Source: a virus
Lineage: Duplodnaviria; Caudoviricetes
DNA length: 30,388 bases
Virus record (IMG/VR): IMGVR_UViG_3300046832_001354
Coordinates: 1 to 30,388 of that record
Direction: 5' to 3' (one strand)
The notes under the pieces were generated by a model. That model was given only the letters and a program-made list of their open reading frames with translations. It made no database searches and was not told where the DNA came from. Of this stretch, positions 17,027-23,705 are shown piece after piece. Each line of letters starts with the position of its first letter. The first letter of the stretch is position 1. Position numbers and translations under genes: made by a program.

Positions 17027-17718
17027 TGGTAGTCGGCGATGCTGTTTGTAAATTTCCGCCCGCCGGACTTACCGGACCCATCGGGGGAAGCATTGAGCCG
17101 AGACAACCAGTTCCTCAAGGCAGCAGGCCAGGACTTCATCGGGTTCTTTCCAACCTTCCAACCGTTGGACTCGTAGTAGTTCCAGAACTTGTCGACCTCG
17201 GTGATGGGTAGGCCGATCTTAATGGCTTCAGCAGTCAGCTCTTCGAGCGTAGGCTTCTGGAAACGAGCGGTGGGCGGCTTGTCCGCCTGTATCTTCTCTG
17301 TCTTATCTTCTCTATCTTCTCTATCGGTTACCCCATGGGTTAGCCGTGGGTTAACCGGATTCGATTCTGGGTTAACCCGTGGGTTACCCATGGGTTTCTT
17401 TGGGCGCCCTCCTTTGCCTCCATTGGACCAGGCAGCAATCAGGCTGGCGTTCACCTCGTCCCACTCGTGAGCGATCAGGTGTCCATCTTCGTGCCGGCAG
17501 AATGTCTGCATCATTGCAGACCAGAACTGATCAGCATCACCGGGCCATCGGCAGACCGATGCCAGAATGGCCGGGCTCCATTCCGGGAACTTGTTTGTCT
17601 TCCGGGTCTGGCAATGAGACCAGAGTCGGATGACGTAGTTTGGGGCTGCCTCGGTGTCGAGCAGCCGCATCAGCAGGCGGGTCTTCCAGTGATCTAAGAA
17701 GTCGGGTTCGATTATCAT
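17023..17718 (-). CDS. Phage replication initiator / replisome organiser, 231 aa
   Basis: N-terminal helical domain, NGGKGGRP linker containing DNA repeats, C-terminal FQKPTLEE...FWNYYESNGW...W domain. Coupled to dnaB. Confidence 0.75.
   Translation of the reverse strand: MIIEPDFLDHWKTRLLMRLLDTEAAPNYVIRLWSHCQTRKTNKFPEWSPAILASVCRWPGDADQFWSAMMQTFCRHEDGHLIAHEWDEVNASLIAAWSNGGKGGRPKKPMGNPRVNPESNPVNPRLTHGVTDREDREDKTEKIQADKPPTARFQKPTLEELTAEAIKIGLPITEVDKFWNYYESNGWKVGKNPMKSWPAALRNWLSRLNASPDGSGKSGGRKFTNSIADYQ
17290..17400. repeat. Putative replication origin (iterons) inside the initiator gene
   Basis: TGGGTT at 17336, 17347, 17368, 17380 and 17391, mostly as CC[AG]TGGGTT, including palindromes GGGTTAACCC and ACCCATGGGT. 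Adjacent TATCTTCTC x3 tract at 17290-17321. Confidence 0.65.
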
Positions 17719-17731
17719 GGGTCAAATAAGA

Positions 17732-17852
17732 ATCCCCACCAGTCACAGGGTAGGAGATCGCAGGAAGGAGCTGCGAATGCCTGTGGTGGTGGGGATAAAA
17801 TTTGTCATGCCTTCAGTTGGTTTCGACGCTCACCTCCTACAGCTCACGTCGA
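17732..17852 (-). promoter_or_regulatory. Structured leader / attenuator upstream of the replication operon
   Basis: Long interrupted hairpin 17732-17796 (10+6+6 bp) followed by TCTTATTT on the mRNA. Second hairpin 17823-17852. A 21-codon uORF at 17743-17808. Confidence 0.6.
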
Positions 17853-17863
17853 CAGGCCGCTCC

Positions 17864-19093
17864 CTAGCTGACAGCCGGGGCGGTGTATAGCTCTTTCATC
17901 AGCACTCGGAAGGCTCGTTCCGCTGTTGCCGGCACGACTCCATTCCCGAGCAGTCTGAGTTCGTCCGTTCGATTATCACCGGAGACGCACAGCTCGGCAT
18001 AGTCCATCCCACCGGCAGCCCCATCAGCGTCTCCACCCAACGCGGGTTGAGTTTGCCGCATCCCATTGCTCTCGCCTCCGCATCCGGCAGCATCTTCGCC
18101 AGCTTCTCCCGGTTCCCGGCTCCCCCAGCTAGTCCCGTCGGGCCTCCCGTCACTCCCGATGATGCTGGTGTCGGCCATGTTTTGATCTGATTGCTCAGAC
18201 CAACCTGACGGCAGTTGTCGCTCCTCCTGTCGCTTGCATCCGGCGTCGCCCAGCTCTTCACCTGCCTGTCCAGCTTGTCGATCATGCTCCCGTCCTTCTG
18301 CTTGTGCGCTCCGGTCGATACCGTGGCTGTCTGCCACAACCCTTGGCGGCTCCCATCCGTACTGCTGCTCGCCGGGACGGCTGGGCCATGCACTGCAACG
18401 AATCCCGCCAGTTTGGATTTCGCTGCCACCTTCTTCATGTCCACGTTCTCCCCAGTGTCCTTGTGGTCCCTGGCTGCCGGCGTTGGCCATGACTTCACAA
18501 CCACCGTCGTCAGACTCTCCTGACTCCCCTTCATGCCTCTGGAGCGATCCTGAAAGCCCTGCCGCACCTCTGAAGCTACTGGAGACGGCCAGGATGAACA
18601 CCCGCTTTCGCTGGTGCGGTGCGCCGACTTCAGACGCGCTGAATATGCCCCACGTCGTTCTGTAACCCATTCCTGCCAAGTCTTCAATGACGTCGGACAG
18701 CCCCAGGCTGATATGTCCTTCGACGTTCTCAAAGAAGCAGATCCGTGGTCTGAGAAGTCGAATGCCATCTGCAATCCACGGCCAGAGGTGCCGCGGGTCT
18801 TGTTTTCCTTTACGTTGACCGGCTGCGCTGAAGGGCTGGCATGGATATCCCCCAGTGAGGATGTCCACGCGGTCACGAAATGCTTCCCAAGGGAAGGTCT
18901 TAAGATTCGGCCAGATAGGTGCTGGGTCCATGAGTCCCGCTTCCATTTTCGCAACCAGATTGCTGATGGCGAAGGCTTCGATCTCACAAAGAGCGACTGT
19001 GCGCAGATCTGGGATTGCTCGCTGGAGTCCAAGCTCAATGCCTCCGTATCCAGCGCACAGGCCAATGTGTGTAACTGACGAGGTAGAATCCAT
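17864..19093 (-). CDS. C5 cytosine DNA methyltransferase, catalytic frame (motifs I-VIII and X), 409 aa
   Basis: LCAGYGG (I), GYPCQPFS (IV), ENV (VI), PHQRKRVFI (VIII), LRLLGNGVVP (X). Confidence 0.9.
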   Translation of the reverse strand: MDSTSSVTHIGLCAGYGGIELGLQRAIPDLRTVALCEIEAFAISNLVAKMEAGLMDPAPIWPNLKTFPWEAFRDRVDILTGGYPCQPFSAAGQRKGKQDPRHLWPWIADGIRLLRPRICFFENVEGHISLGLSDVIEDLAGMGYRTTWGIFSASEVGAPHQRKRVFILAVSSSFRGAAGLSGSLQRHEGESGESDDGGCEVMANAGSQGPQGHWGERGHEEGGSEIQTGGIRCSAWPSRPGEQQYGWEPPRVVADSHGIDRSAQAEGREHDRQAGQAGEELGDAGCKRQEERQLPSGWSEQSDQNMADTSIIGSDGRPDGTSWGSREPGEAGEDAAGCGGESNGMRQTQPALGGDADGAAGGMDYAELCVSGDNRTDELRLLGNGVVPATAERAFRVLMKELYTAPAVS

Positions 19094-19098
19094 GTCAT
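17899..19098 (-). CDS. Overlapping alternative-frame methyltransferase partner (WxTP repeats plus motif IX-like), 399 aa
   Basis: Same strand, shifted frame, own ATG. Contains WPSP, WPTP, WQTA, WATP, WPTP and LNPRWVETLMGLPVGWT. Confidence 0.7.
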   Translation of the reverse strand: MTWILPRQLHTLACALDTEALSLDSSEQSQICAQSLFVRSKPSPSAIWLRKWKRDSWTQHLSGRILRPSLGKHFVTAWTSSLGDIHASPSAQPVNVKENKTRGTSGRGLQMAFDFSDHGSASLRTSKDISAWGCPTSLKTWQEWVTERRGAYSARLKSAHRTSESGCSSWPSPVASEVRQGFQDRSRGMKGSQESLTTVVVKSWPTPAARDHKDTGENVDMKKVAAKSKLAGFVAVHGPAVPASSSTDGSRQGLWQTATVSTGAHKQKDGSMIDKLDRQVKSWATPDASDRRSDNCRQVGLSNQIKTWPTPASSGVTGGPTGLAGGAGNREKLAKMLPDAEARAMGCGKLNPRWVETLMGLPVGWTMPSCASPVIIERTNSDCSGMESCRQQRNEPSEC

Positions 19099-19105
19099 GG
19101 TGTTC

Positions 19106-19768
19106 CTAGTAGCTAGGCATCAGAACATCCGCCACTTGCTGCGTGAGCTTCACGTCCTGCAGGCAGTAGTCGATAGCTGCTTGCCGGTTGGTTTTCCACA
19201 GGTTGGCGAAGTCGGCGCCGTTTCCGGTCTTCTCTCCCAGCCCTAGATGCCTGCTGATGGCTCCGAGGCTTCCGTGGGCGCGGTTGTCCCCGAGCTGCCA
19301 CACCTCGCGCAGGTCGACGATCAGGTCGTTCCAGTAGCGGCCATTTCTGATCCAATAGGGAACTGTGACGCGGTGCTTCCAGGAGCGCTTGATTAGAAAC
19401 GGCAGGTCGAATGCCTTGATGTTGAACCCAATGATGCGCGTATGGCGCTCCCATGCATCGAGCAGCTCCCACCATTGCCGCAGCATTGCGGCCTCGCCGT
19501 CAGCGTCAGACGACAGTATGGCAGGCTCGTTGCGATCTAGGAGGTAGCCTATGCACAGCACCTGACCGCTCAGTGCATCCAAGGCAGCGTTCTTGATGTA
19601 GTCAGTGACATGGTTCTCCTCGGCCTGACGGATGCGCTCGGCGATCTTGTCGGGGTCTTTGGTGTTACCGAGCTTCACGTCGGCCGGGTTAAAGGCCGGT
19701 ATGACAAGCTCGCCAAACGGCAAGGCTCCGGTCTCGATGTCGAATACAATTGTTGGATTGGCAGGCAT
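19106..19768 (-). CDS. DnaQ/PolB-type DEDD 3'-5' exonuclease, 220 aa
   Basis: ExoI FDIET, ExoII GFNIKAFDLPF, ExoIII YCLQDV. Confidence 0.85.
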   Translation of the reverse strand: MPANPTIVFDIETGALPFGELVIPAFNPADVKLGNTKDPDKIAERIRQAEENHVTDYIKNAALDALSGQVLCIGYLLDRNEPAILSSDADGEAAMLRQWWELLDAWERHTRIIGFNIKAFDLPFLIKRSWKHRVTVPYWIRNGRYWNDLIVDLREVWQLGDNRAHGSLGAISRHLGLGEKTGNGADFANLWKTNRQAAIDYCLQDVKLTQQVADVLMPSY

Positions 19769-19798
19769 TGTTCTAAAGCGATTTGAGTTGGTAGATTT

Positions 19799-19829
19799 GT
19801 GCGTTTGTCCCGATGCGCACCCCCGGTTG
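19799..19829 (-). promoter_or_regulatory. Putative H-type pseudoknot in a 5' leader (copy 2)
   Basis: mRNA CAA-CCGG-GG-GUGCG-CA-UCGG-GACAAA-CGCAC. Matches the copy at 24636-24663 with pairing-preserving changes. Confidence 0.55.
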
Positions 19830-19867
19830 CACCACGAGTCCCAGCAGCAACAGGCTGCCGGAGAGTA

Positions 19868-20269
19868 TCAGAAGCGTTTGCCGCAGTGCGGGCAGCAGTG
19901 CTTCGTTAGGAACGGAGGCTTCTCGAGCATCGGCACCTCGAGCCACTCGCAGATCTCTGCGTAGCTCTTGAGCCCAAAGCCCGATACAGCCTGCGGGTGG
20001 AGGTGCCCGCTACGGTAGAGGTCCATGGCGTCCTCCTTGGACTTGATCGCCAGGCGCTCGATGATGTTGAAGGTCCGCACGCTGAAGGGCCAGCCCCACT
20101 GGTGCAGGATTCCCTCCTGACGCTTGGCAGCCTGTATCACCTGGCTGATGCGTTGTTTCGAGAGACCCAGATGATGCCCGATAGATTGCAGGGTCTCTCC
20201 CTCGGCCCGCATCCGCACCACGTCGGGCACCAGGTGGGCCAGTTTCATGTATGACTTTCGGGTGCTCAT
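19868..20269 (-). CDS. Sigma70-region-4-like HTH + RNA polymerase alpha-CTD-like domain + CxxC, 133 aa
   Basis: TLQSIGHHLGLSKQRISQV; FSVRTFNII...GFGLKSYAEI; terminal CCPHCG. Confidence 0.7.
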   Translation of the reverse strand: MSTRKSYMKLAHLVPDVVRMRAEGETLQSIGHHLGLSKQRISQVIQAAKRQEGILHQWGWPFSVRTFNIIERLAIKSKEDAMDLYRSGHLHPQAVSGFGLKSYAEICEWLEVPMLEKPPFLTKHCCPHCGKRF

Positions 20270-20270
20270 G

Positions 20271-21002
20271 TTAGAACGGGACGTCGTCGGTGTTGGGTTC
20301 TTCCTGGGCGGCGATCTCCTCGAGGCGCTTGGTCAGCGCGGCGATGAGCACGATGTCCTCCGGGCTCTTGCCGGGGCTCACCTTAGCCTTGGGCAGCCAG
20401 TGCTCGCCCAGGCCGCGCACGGCGTCTGCGGTCAGCTCGGAGAGCGGAGTGCCGCGGAACTTACCGACGTGGACCTTGACCTCGGCGATCTTAACTGGCG
20501 CCGCGGTGGCCGGCGTCACCGTCTTCACCTTGTCGTCCTCCCGGGGCGGCCTGTCCTGCAAGCGTACCCACAGGCCCGAGGGCTTCAGCTCGCCGTTCTT
20601 CAGCGGCATGATGAGCTTGATGTTGGCGTAGGTACGGGTGCCGTCCTGCGATTCCTCGTGAGCGATCACGATGCTGCAGGACTTGCCGATGAGGCTCTCC
20701 AGGTCGAGCGCCTTGTTTTCCTGCTCGCTGAGTTTCCGGCCAAACCAGTCCTTGAGGAACTTGGTGAGTGCTGCCTTTTCATGCAGGCTCGGAACCATGG
20801 GCTTGGTAAACACCACCCAGGGCTGCACCGGGTCGCGGCTGTCGTCGATCAAGTCGATCTCGAAGGCGAGCTTGAACTTCTTTTTCACCCCGTATTCGGT
20901 CTCGTACTCCTTGAGCGGAGTCACGTCCACACACACTGCCTTGCCCGTGTATTCGGGGCATGGTGCGTACTCTTTCTTACCGCCTGTTGCACTGATTATC
21001 AT
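20271..21002 (-). CDS. Single-stranded DNA-binding-like protein, 243 aa
   Basis: OB-like N-terminal domain (SLHEKA-x-L, LESLIGKSC, YANI). Acidic-aromatic tail DDVPF. Lies in the replication/recombination block. Confidence 0.65.
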   Translation of the reverse strand: MIISATGGKKEYAPCPEYTGKAVCVDVTPLKEYETEYGVKKKFKLAFEIDLIDDSRDPVQPWVVFTKPMVPSLHEKAALTKFLKDWFGRKLSEQENKALDLESLIGKSCSIVIAHEESQDGTRTYANIKLIMPLKNGELKPSGLWVRLQDRPPREDDKVKTVTPATAAPVKIAEVKVHVGKFRGTPLSELTADAVRGLGEHWLPKAKVSPGKSPEDIVLIAALTKRLEEIAAQEEPNTDDVPF

Positions 21003-21013
21003 ATCGTCTTACG

Positions 21014-21034
21014 TGTTGTTGTTGTTGTTGTTGT
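21014..21034 (-). repeat. (ACA)7 microsatellite in the SSB-like gene leader
   Basis: Seven perfect TGT units on the plus strand, ending 11 nt before the ATG at 21002. Confidence 0.9.
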
Positions 21035-21226
21035 CTACTTGGAGGCTTGTTTCTCGACCTCCGAAAGCTGTTTTGCCATCCGGGCGTACTGCGCCCAGTA
21101 GTCGGGCCAGGTCGACTTAATCTTCGCCAAGTTGTCCTGGTCGGCCACCAGGGCCGCGGCGCCCAACTTGCGAACGAAAGAGCCGCCGTATTCAATCATG
21201 GTGCGTGCCACGTCGAAGTCCTTCAC
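21035..21226 (-). CDS. Conserved phage hypothetical protein, 63 aa
   Basis: GGSFVRKL...AD-x-x-N...W motif. GTGA-coupled. Confidence 0.7.
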   Translation of the reverse strand: MKDFDVARTMIEYGGSFVRKLGAAALVADQDNLAKIKSTWPDYWAQYARMAKQLSEVEKQASK

Positions 21227-21372
21227 TTGGAGCCTTTCCCGCGCTTCCTGGTAAAGAAGCTGGTGAACTCGACCTTGACCTTCCGGGCAGCCCGATAGGC
21301 CTCCCCAGCGTCCTTCTTGGTCAGGTGGTAAGGGCCGGTGCCCTCCTGTTGGATTTGTTGAGCTGATTTCAT
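21223..21372 (-). CDS. Small basic hypothetical protein, 49 aa (MKSAQQIQQEG...)
   Basis: ATGA and GTGA overlaps at both ends. Confidence 0.6.
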   Translation of the reverse strand: MKSAQQIQQEGTGPYHLTKKDAGEAYRAARKVKVEFTSFFTRKRGKGSK

Positions 21373-21560
21373 TGCAGGATGAAGTCGAAGTTGTTCTGCC
21401 AGGTGTCTGATAAACGGTTGTAGGTATCGTTCTTGATGCGCCAGGTGCGAGGGTCTCGGGTAGTCCCGCTGTGCCGGCACTTGATCCGCACGTCGATGTG
21501 CTGGATGGCCGTGTTCCGCAGATGATGGTCGGGCGGTAGTTCGTGGAGTTTGGTGATCAT
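21369..21560 (-). CDS. Hypothetical protein, 63 aa
   Basis: AGGAGG Shine-Dalgarno plus ATGA coupling. Confidence 0.65.
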   Translation of the reverse strand: MITKLHELPPDHHLRNTAIQHIDVRIKCRHSGTTRDPRTWRIKNDTYNRLSDTWQNNFDFILQ

Positions 21561-21754
21561 GGTTTCACCTCCTGCTCGTTCCAGAGCAGAAGATCCGCTC
21601 GCATAGCGTCGTTTTCCTCCTCCAGCCGCTTGATCCTAGCGTCAGCATTGTTCAACGCCCGCTCCAAGGCACGCGCATGGTTGATAAGAACTTTTGGTTC
21701 AGGATCCATGTCATGTATAATTAGAAGCGTATCTGTTCGCAGCGTATCACTCAC
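21557..21754 (-). CDS. Coiled-coil mini-protein, TPRTD family copy 3, 65 aa (MSDTLRTD...)
   Basis: GTG start overlapping the previous stop. LERALNNADARIKRLEE. Confidence 0.7.
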   Translation of the reverse strand: MSDTLRTDTLLIIHDMDPEPKVLINHARALERALNNADARIKRLEEENDAMRADLLLWNEQEVKP

Positions 21755-21975
21755 AGCTTGTCCTCCTTGGCTTTGGCCCATACAACACACATTCCGCTCC
21801 AATCTTGTACAGACCATCCAGACTCAACGATTTTATCCCCCGCCTCCTCTAGCCGCTTGATGCGTTCGTTGGCGGCGTTCAGTTCGCATTCAAGTTGTTC
21901 AGAAAACTCAGCATCAACGGCGGTGTCCAAATCATGAAAACCACGCTTCGCATCCGTCCTTGGTGTGTCGCTCAC
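21751..21975 (-). CDS. Coiled-coil mini-protein, TPRTD family copy 2, 74 aa (MSDTPRTD...)
   Basis: GTG start with AAGGAGG. QLECELNAANERIKRLEEAGD...WAKAKEDKL. Confidence 0.7.
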   Translation of the reverse strand: MSDTPRTDAKRGFHDLDTAVDAEFSEQLECELNAANERIKRLEEAGDKIVESGWSVQDWSGMCVVWAKAKEDKL

Positions 21976-22199
21976 GGCTTGGCCTCCTTTGCTCGCGTCC
22001 ATTCTCCGTTCGCATCTGCAATCCGAATCTTTCCAGATTTGGTGACTCGGATTTGCAGCAAGTTTCTTCCCTGATGCTTTGGTGTTTCCAGAAGCAGCCA
22101 TACCCAGCCCTTCTCTTTGTCGGAGAATCCGCGAATGACTTTTACGGCACCCCAATCGAATCCGTACTGCGTATCTGCGAAGTGGATTTGAGAAGTCAC
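21972..22199 (-). CDS. Hypothetical beta-rich mini-protein, 75 aa
   Basis: AAGGAGG plus GTGA coupling. Ends in KEAKP. Confidence 0.7.
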   Translation of the reverse strand: MTSQIHFADTQYGFDWGAVKVIRGFSDKEKGWVWLLLETPKHQGRNLLQIRVTKSGKIRIADANGEWTRAKEAKP

Positions 22200-22615
22200 G
22201 GCTTGGCCTCCTTCCCAATCTTCGCGTCATCCCAGCCTTGCAATAGGTTGTCCATTCGGATGGTCCTAATGCTCAGAGATGGAGGGTTGATGAATGCGTA
22301 CATTGCGTTGCCAGCTATTTCGAGTTCTCGGATGCGCTGATCGTAATACTTCCTCTCACCTTCGAGCTTGTCCCACAGAGCGCGGAGACGGTTTTCGAGT
22401 TGGGTGACATTGGATTGTAGCTCTCTGATCTTGGTTGCTTGCACATCGGCCATCCATCTGGTCTTGAAAGCCTCGACAACCTTCGCCGCCGCTTCATCTG
22501 GTTGGAACTTGTCGCTGACAGTCACACGGCCATCGGGATGAATCGTCATCACAGGCTCCGTGTTGAACTTCTCAAGCGTCAGTGAAGTGGTGTTTGTTGT
22601 TGTGTAGTCGCTCAT
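22196..22615 (-). CDS. Hypothetical coiled-coil protein, 139 aa
   Basis: ATGA coupling. RIRELEIAG segment related to its neighbours. Ends in KEAKP. Confidence 0.7.
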   Translation of the reverse strand: MSDYTTTNTTSLTLEKFNTEPVMTIHPDGRVTVSDKFQPDEAAAKVVEAFKTRWMADVQATKIRELQSNVTQLENRLRALWDKLEGERKYYDQRIRELEIAGNAMYAFINPPSLSIRTIRMDNLLQGWDDAKIGKEAKP

Positions 22616-22803
22616 TTGCACTCCTTCCATTTGAACTGATTTTTACCAGTGCAATCGACCACCCACTCAGCATGGCCTTTCCTTACGGCTTCTTCGCGCA
22701 TACTGCTCTTGCCAAGCTGATCGCCCCACAGGATTGCTAATGACAGAAAACAACCGGCCACAAGTCCGTACATGCATTGTTCTAAAAGTGAAATGCTACT
22801 CAC
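22612..22803 (-). CDS. Single-pass membrane mini-protein, 63 aa
   Basis: GTGA coupling. Hydrophobic YGLVAGCFLSLAILW followed by EAVRKGHAEW...FKWK. Confidence 0.65.
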   Translation of the reverse strand: MSSISLLEQCMYGLVAGCFLSLAILWGDQLGKSSMREEAVRKGHAEWVVDCTGKNQFKWKECK

Positions 22804-22910
22804 GGCTTCACCTGCTTCTTTCTGCATTTATGGAAGAACGGGAACATGAATCGCCCGATCCAACCGATCAGTTCTCCGCACTTCTGGCAGCAGTAGCTTG
22901 GGTGCTTCAC
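22800..22910 (-). CDS. Cys-rich mini-protein, 36 aa (MKHPSYCCQKCGELIGWIGRFMFPFFHKCRKKQVKP); not in ORF track
   Basis: GTGA overlaps at both ends with a strong SD. CxxC...HxC. Confidence 0.6.
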   Translation of the reverse strand: MKHPSYCCQKCGELIGWIGRFMFPFFHKCRKKQVKP

Positions 22911-23197
22911 AGCTTGTCCTCCTTGGCTTTGTGCCACACCTTAACACGGTCTGGATAGTATGAGTTCTCAATCGCTCTATCCCCCGCCTCCTCCAGCCGA
23001 CGAATCCGATCAGTCAGATTGAGTGCGTGAATATTCAGTTTCCTGAACATCTCATTGGCCGCGTTCAATTCGCGTTCGAGTTGGCGGCAGAAGTCGGCAT
23101 CACAAACACGATACTTTGAATCATGCGGAAGGAATGCTTCGGCATCCGTCCTCGGCGTCTCACCGACCATTTTGTTGGTGTCACCAAGATGGTTCAT
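22907..23197 (-). CDS. Coiled-coil mini-protein, TPRTD family copy 1, 96 aa
   Basis: ATGA coupling. ETPRTD, QLERELNAANE, RIRRLEEAGD, WHKAKEDKL. Confidence 0.7.
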   Translation of the reverse strand: MNHLGDTNKMVGETPRTDAEAFLPHDSKYRVCDADFCRQLERELNAANEMFRKLNIHALNLTDRIRRLEEAGDRAIENSYYPDRVKVWHKAKEDKL

Positions 23198-23547
23198 TTC
23201 GCTTCCTCCACTACCCCGCACGGGAGCCAGTTCTTACCGCCGTCGATACTGTGTTCACGTTCGTCTAGCCACATATCTCGGTCAGCTTGGTTTGATGTCC
23301 ATGCGAGGATGCTTCGGTCATGCAACGCTCTTTTGTACCGTATCCACGCCCCCAGCGGCACCTCATCCGCAGTCCACGGGCGAAACTTTGCAGTGGGTTT
23401 GATACGGTAGTCGTAGTTGAGCCAGTTCCAACTTGGGTTTTTATCGAGTACCCAATCATAAGTGCCAATCAGTTTGGATTCCACTTCCATCCCATTGATA
23501 GATGCATCCATAACGCGGATGGTTTCGATTGTTTGTGCTATTGTCAT
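23194..23547 (-). CDS. Phage hypothetical protein, 117 aa
   Basis: P-x-WNW...YRIKP motif common in phage early genes. Coupled at both ends. Confidence 0.7.
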   Translation of the reverse strand: MTIAQTIETIRVMDASINGMEVESKLIGTYDWVLDKNPSWNWLNYDYRIKPTAKFRPWTADEVPLGAWIRYKRALHDRSILAWTSNQADRDMWLDEREHSIDGGKNWLPCGVVEEAK

Positions 23548-23705
23548 TTCGATTCCTTTCTCGCTAGGTATTCCGCCACCGCTTCATCGGCCACATATTG
23601 CAATTTGTAGCCCTTCTTGGTTGCGTAGTCCTTCAGCTTCTTATGTATGTCGTCTGAGACGACAAATGTCTTTGCTGTGGGACGTTTGGGTTTGGTGGGA
23701 GTCAT
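23544..23705 (-). CDS. Ribbon-helix-helix DNA-binding protein B, 53 aa
   Basis: KTFVVSDDIHKKLKDYA...LQYVADEAVAEYL: a beta-strand plus two helices. ATGA start at 23705. Confidence 0.7.
   Translation of the reverse strand: MTPTKPKRPTAKTFVVSDDIHKKLKDYATKKGYKLQYVADEAVAEYLARKESK

Noticed and set aside
17732-17796. Long hairpin as a tRNA or tRNA fragment
   Set aside because: No cloverleaf, T-loop or D-loop consensus.
21557-23197. Repeated junctions as a CRISPR array or integron attC sites
   Set aside because: The repeats are coding, degenerate and non-palindromic, and are spaced 110-420 nt apart by intact ORFs. No cas or integrase gene is present.
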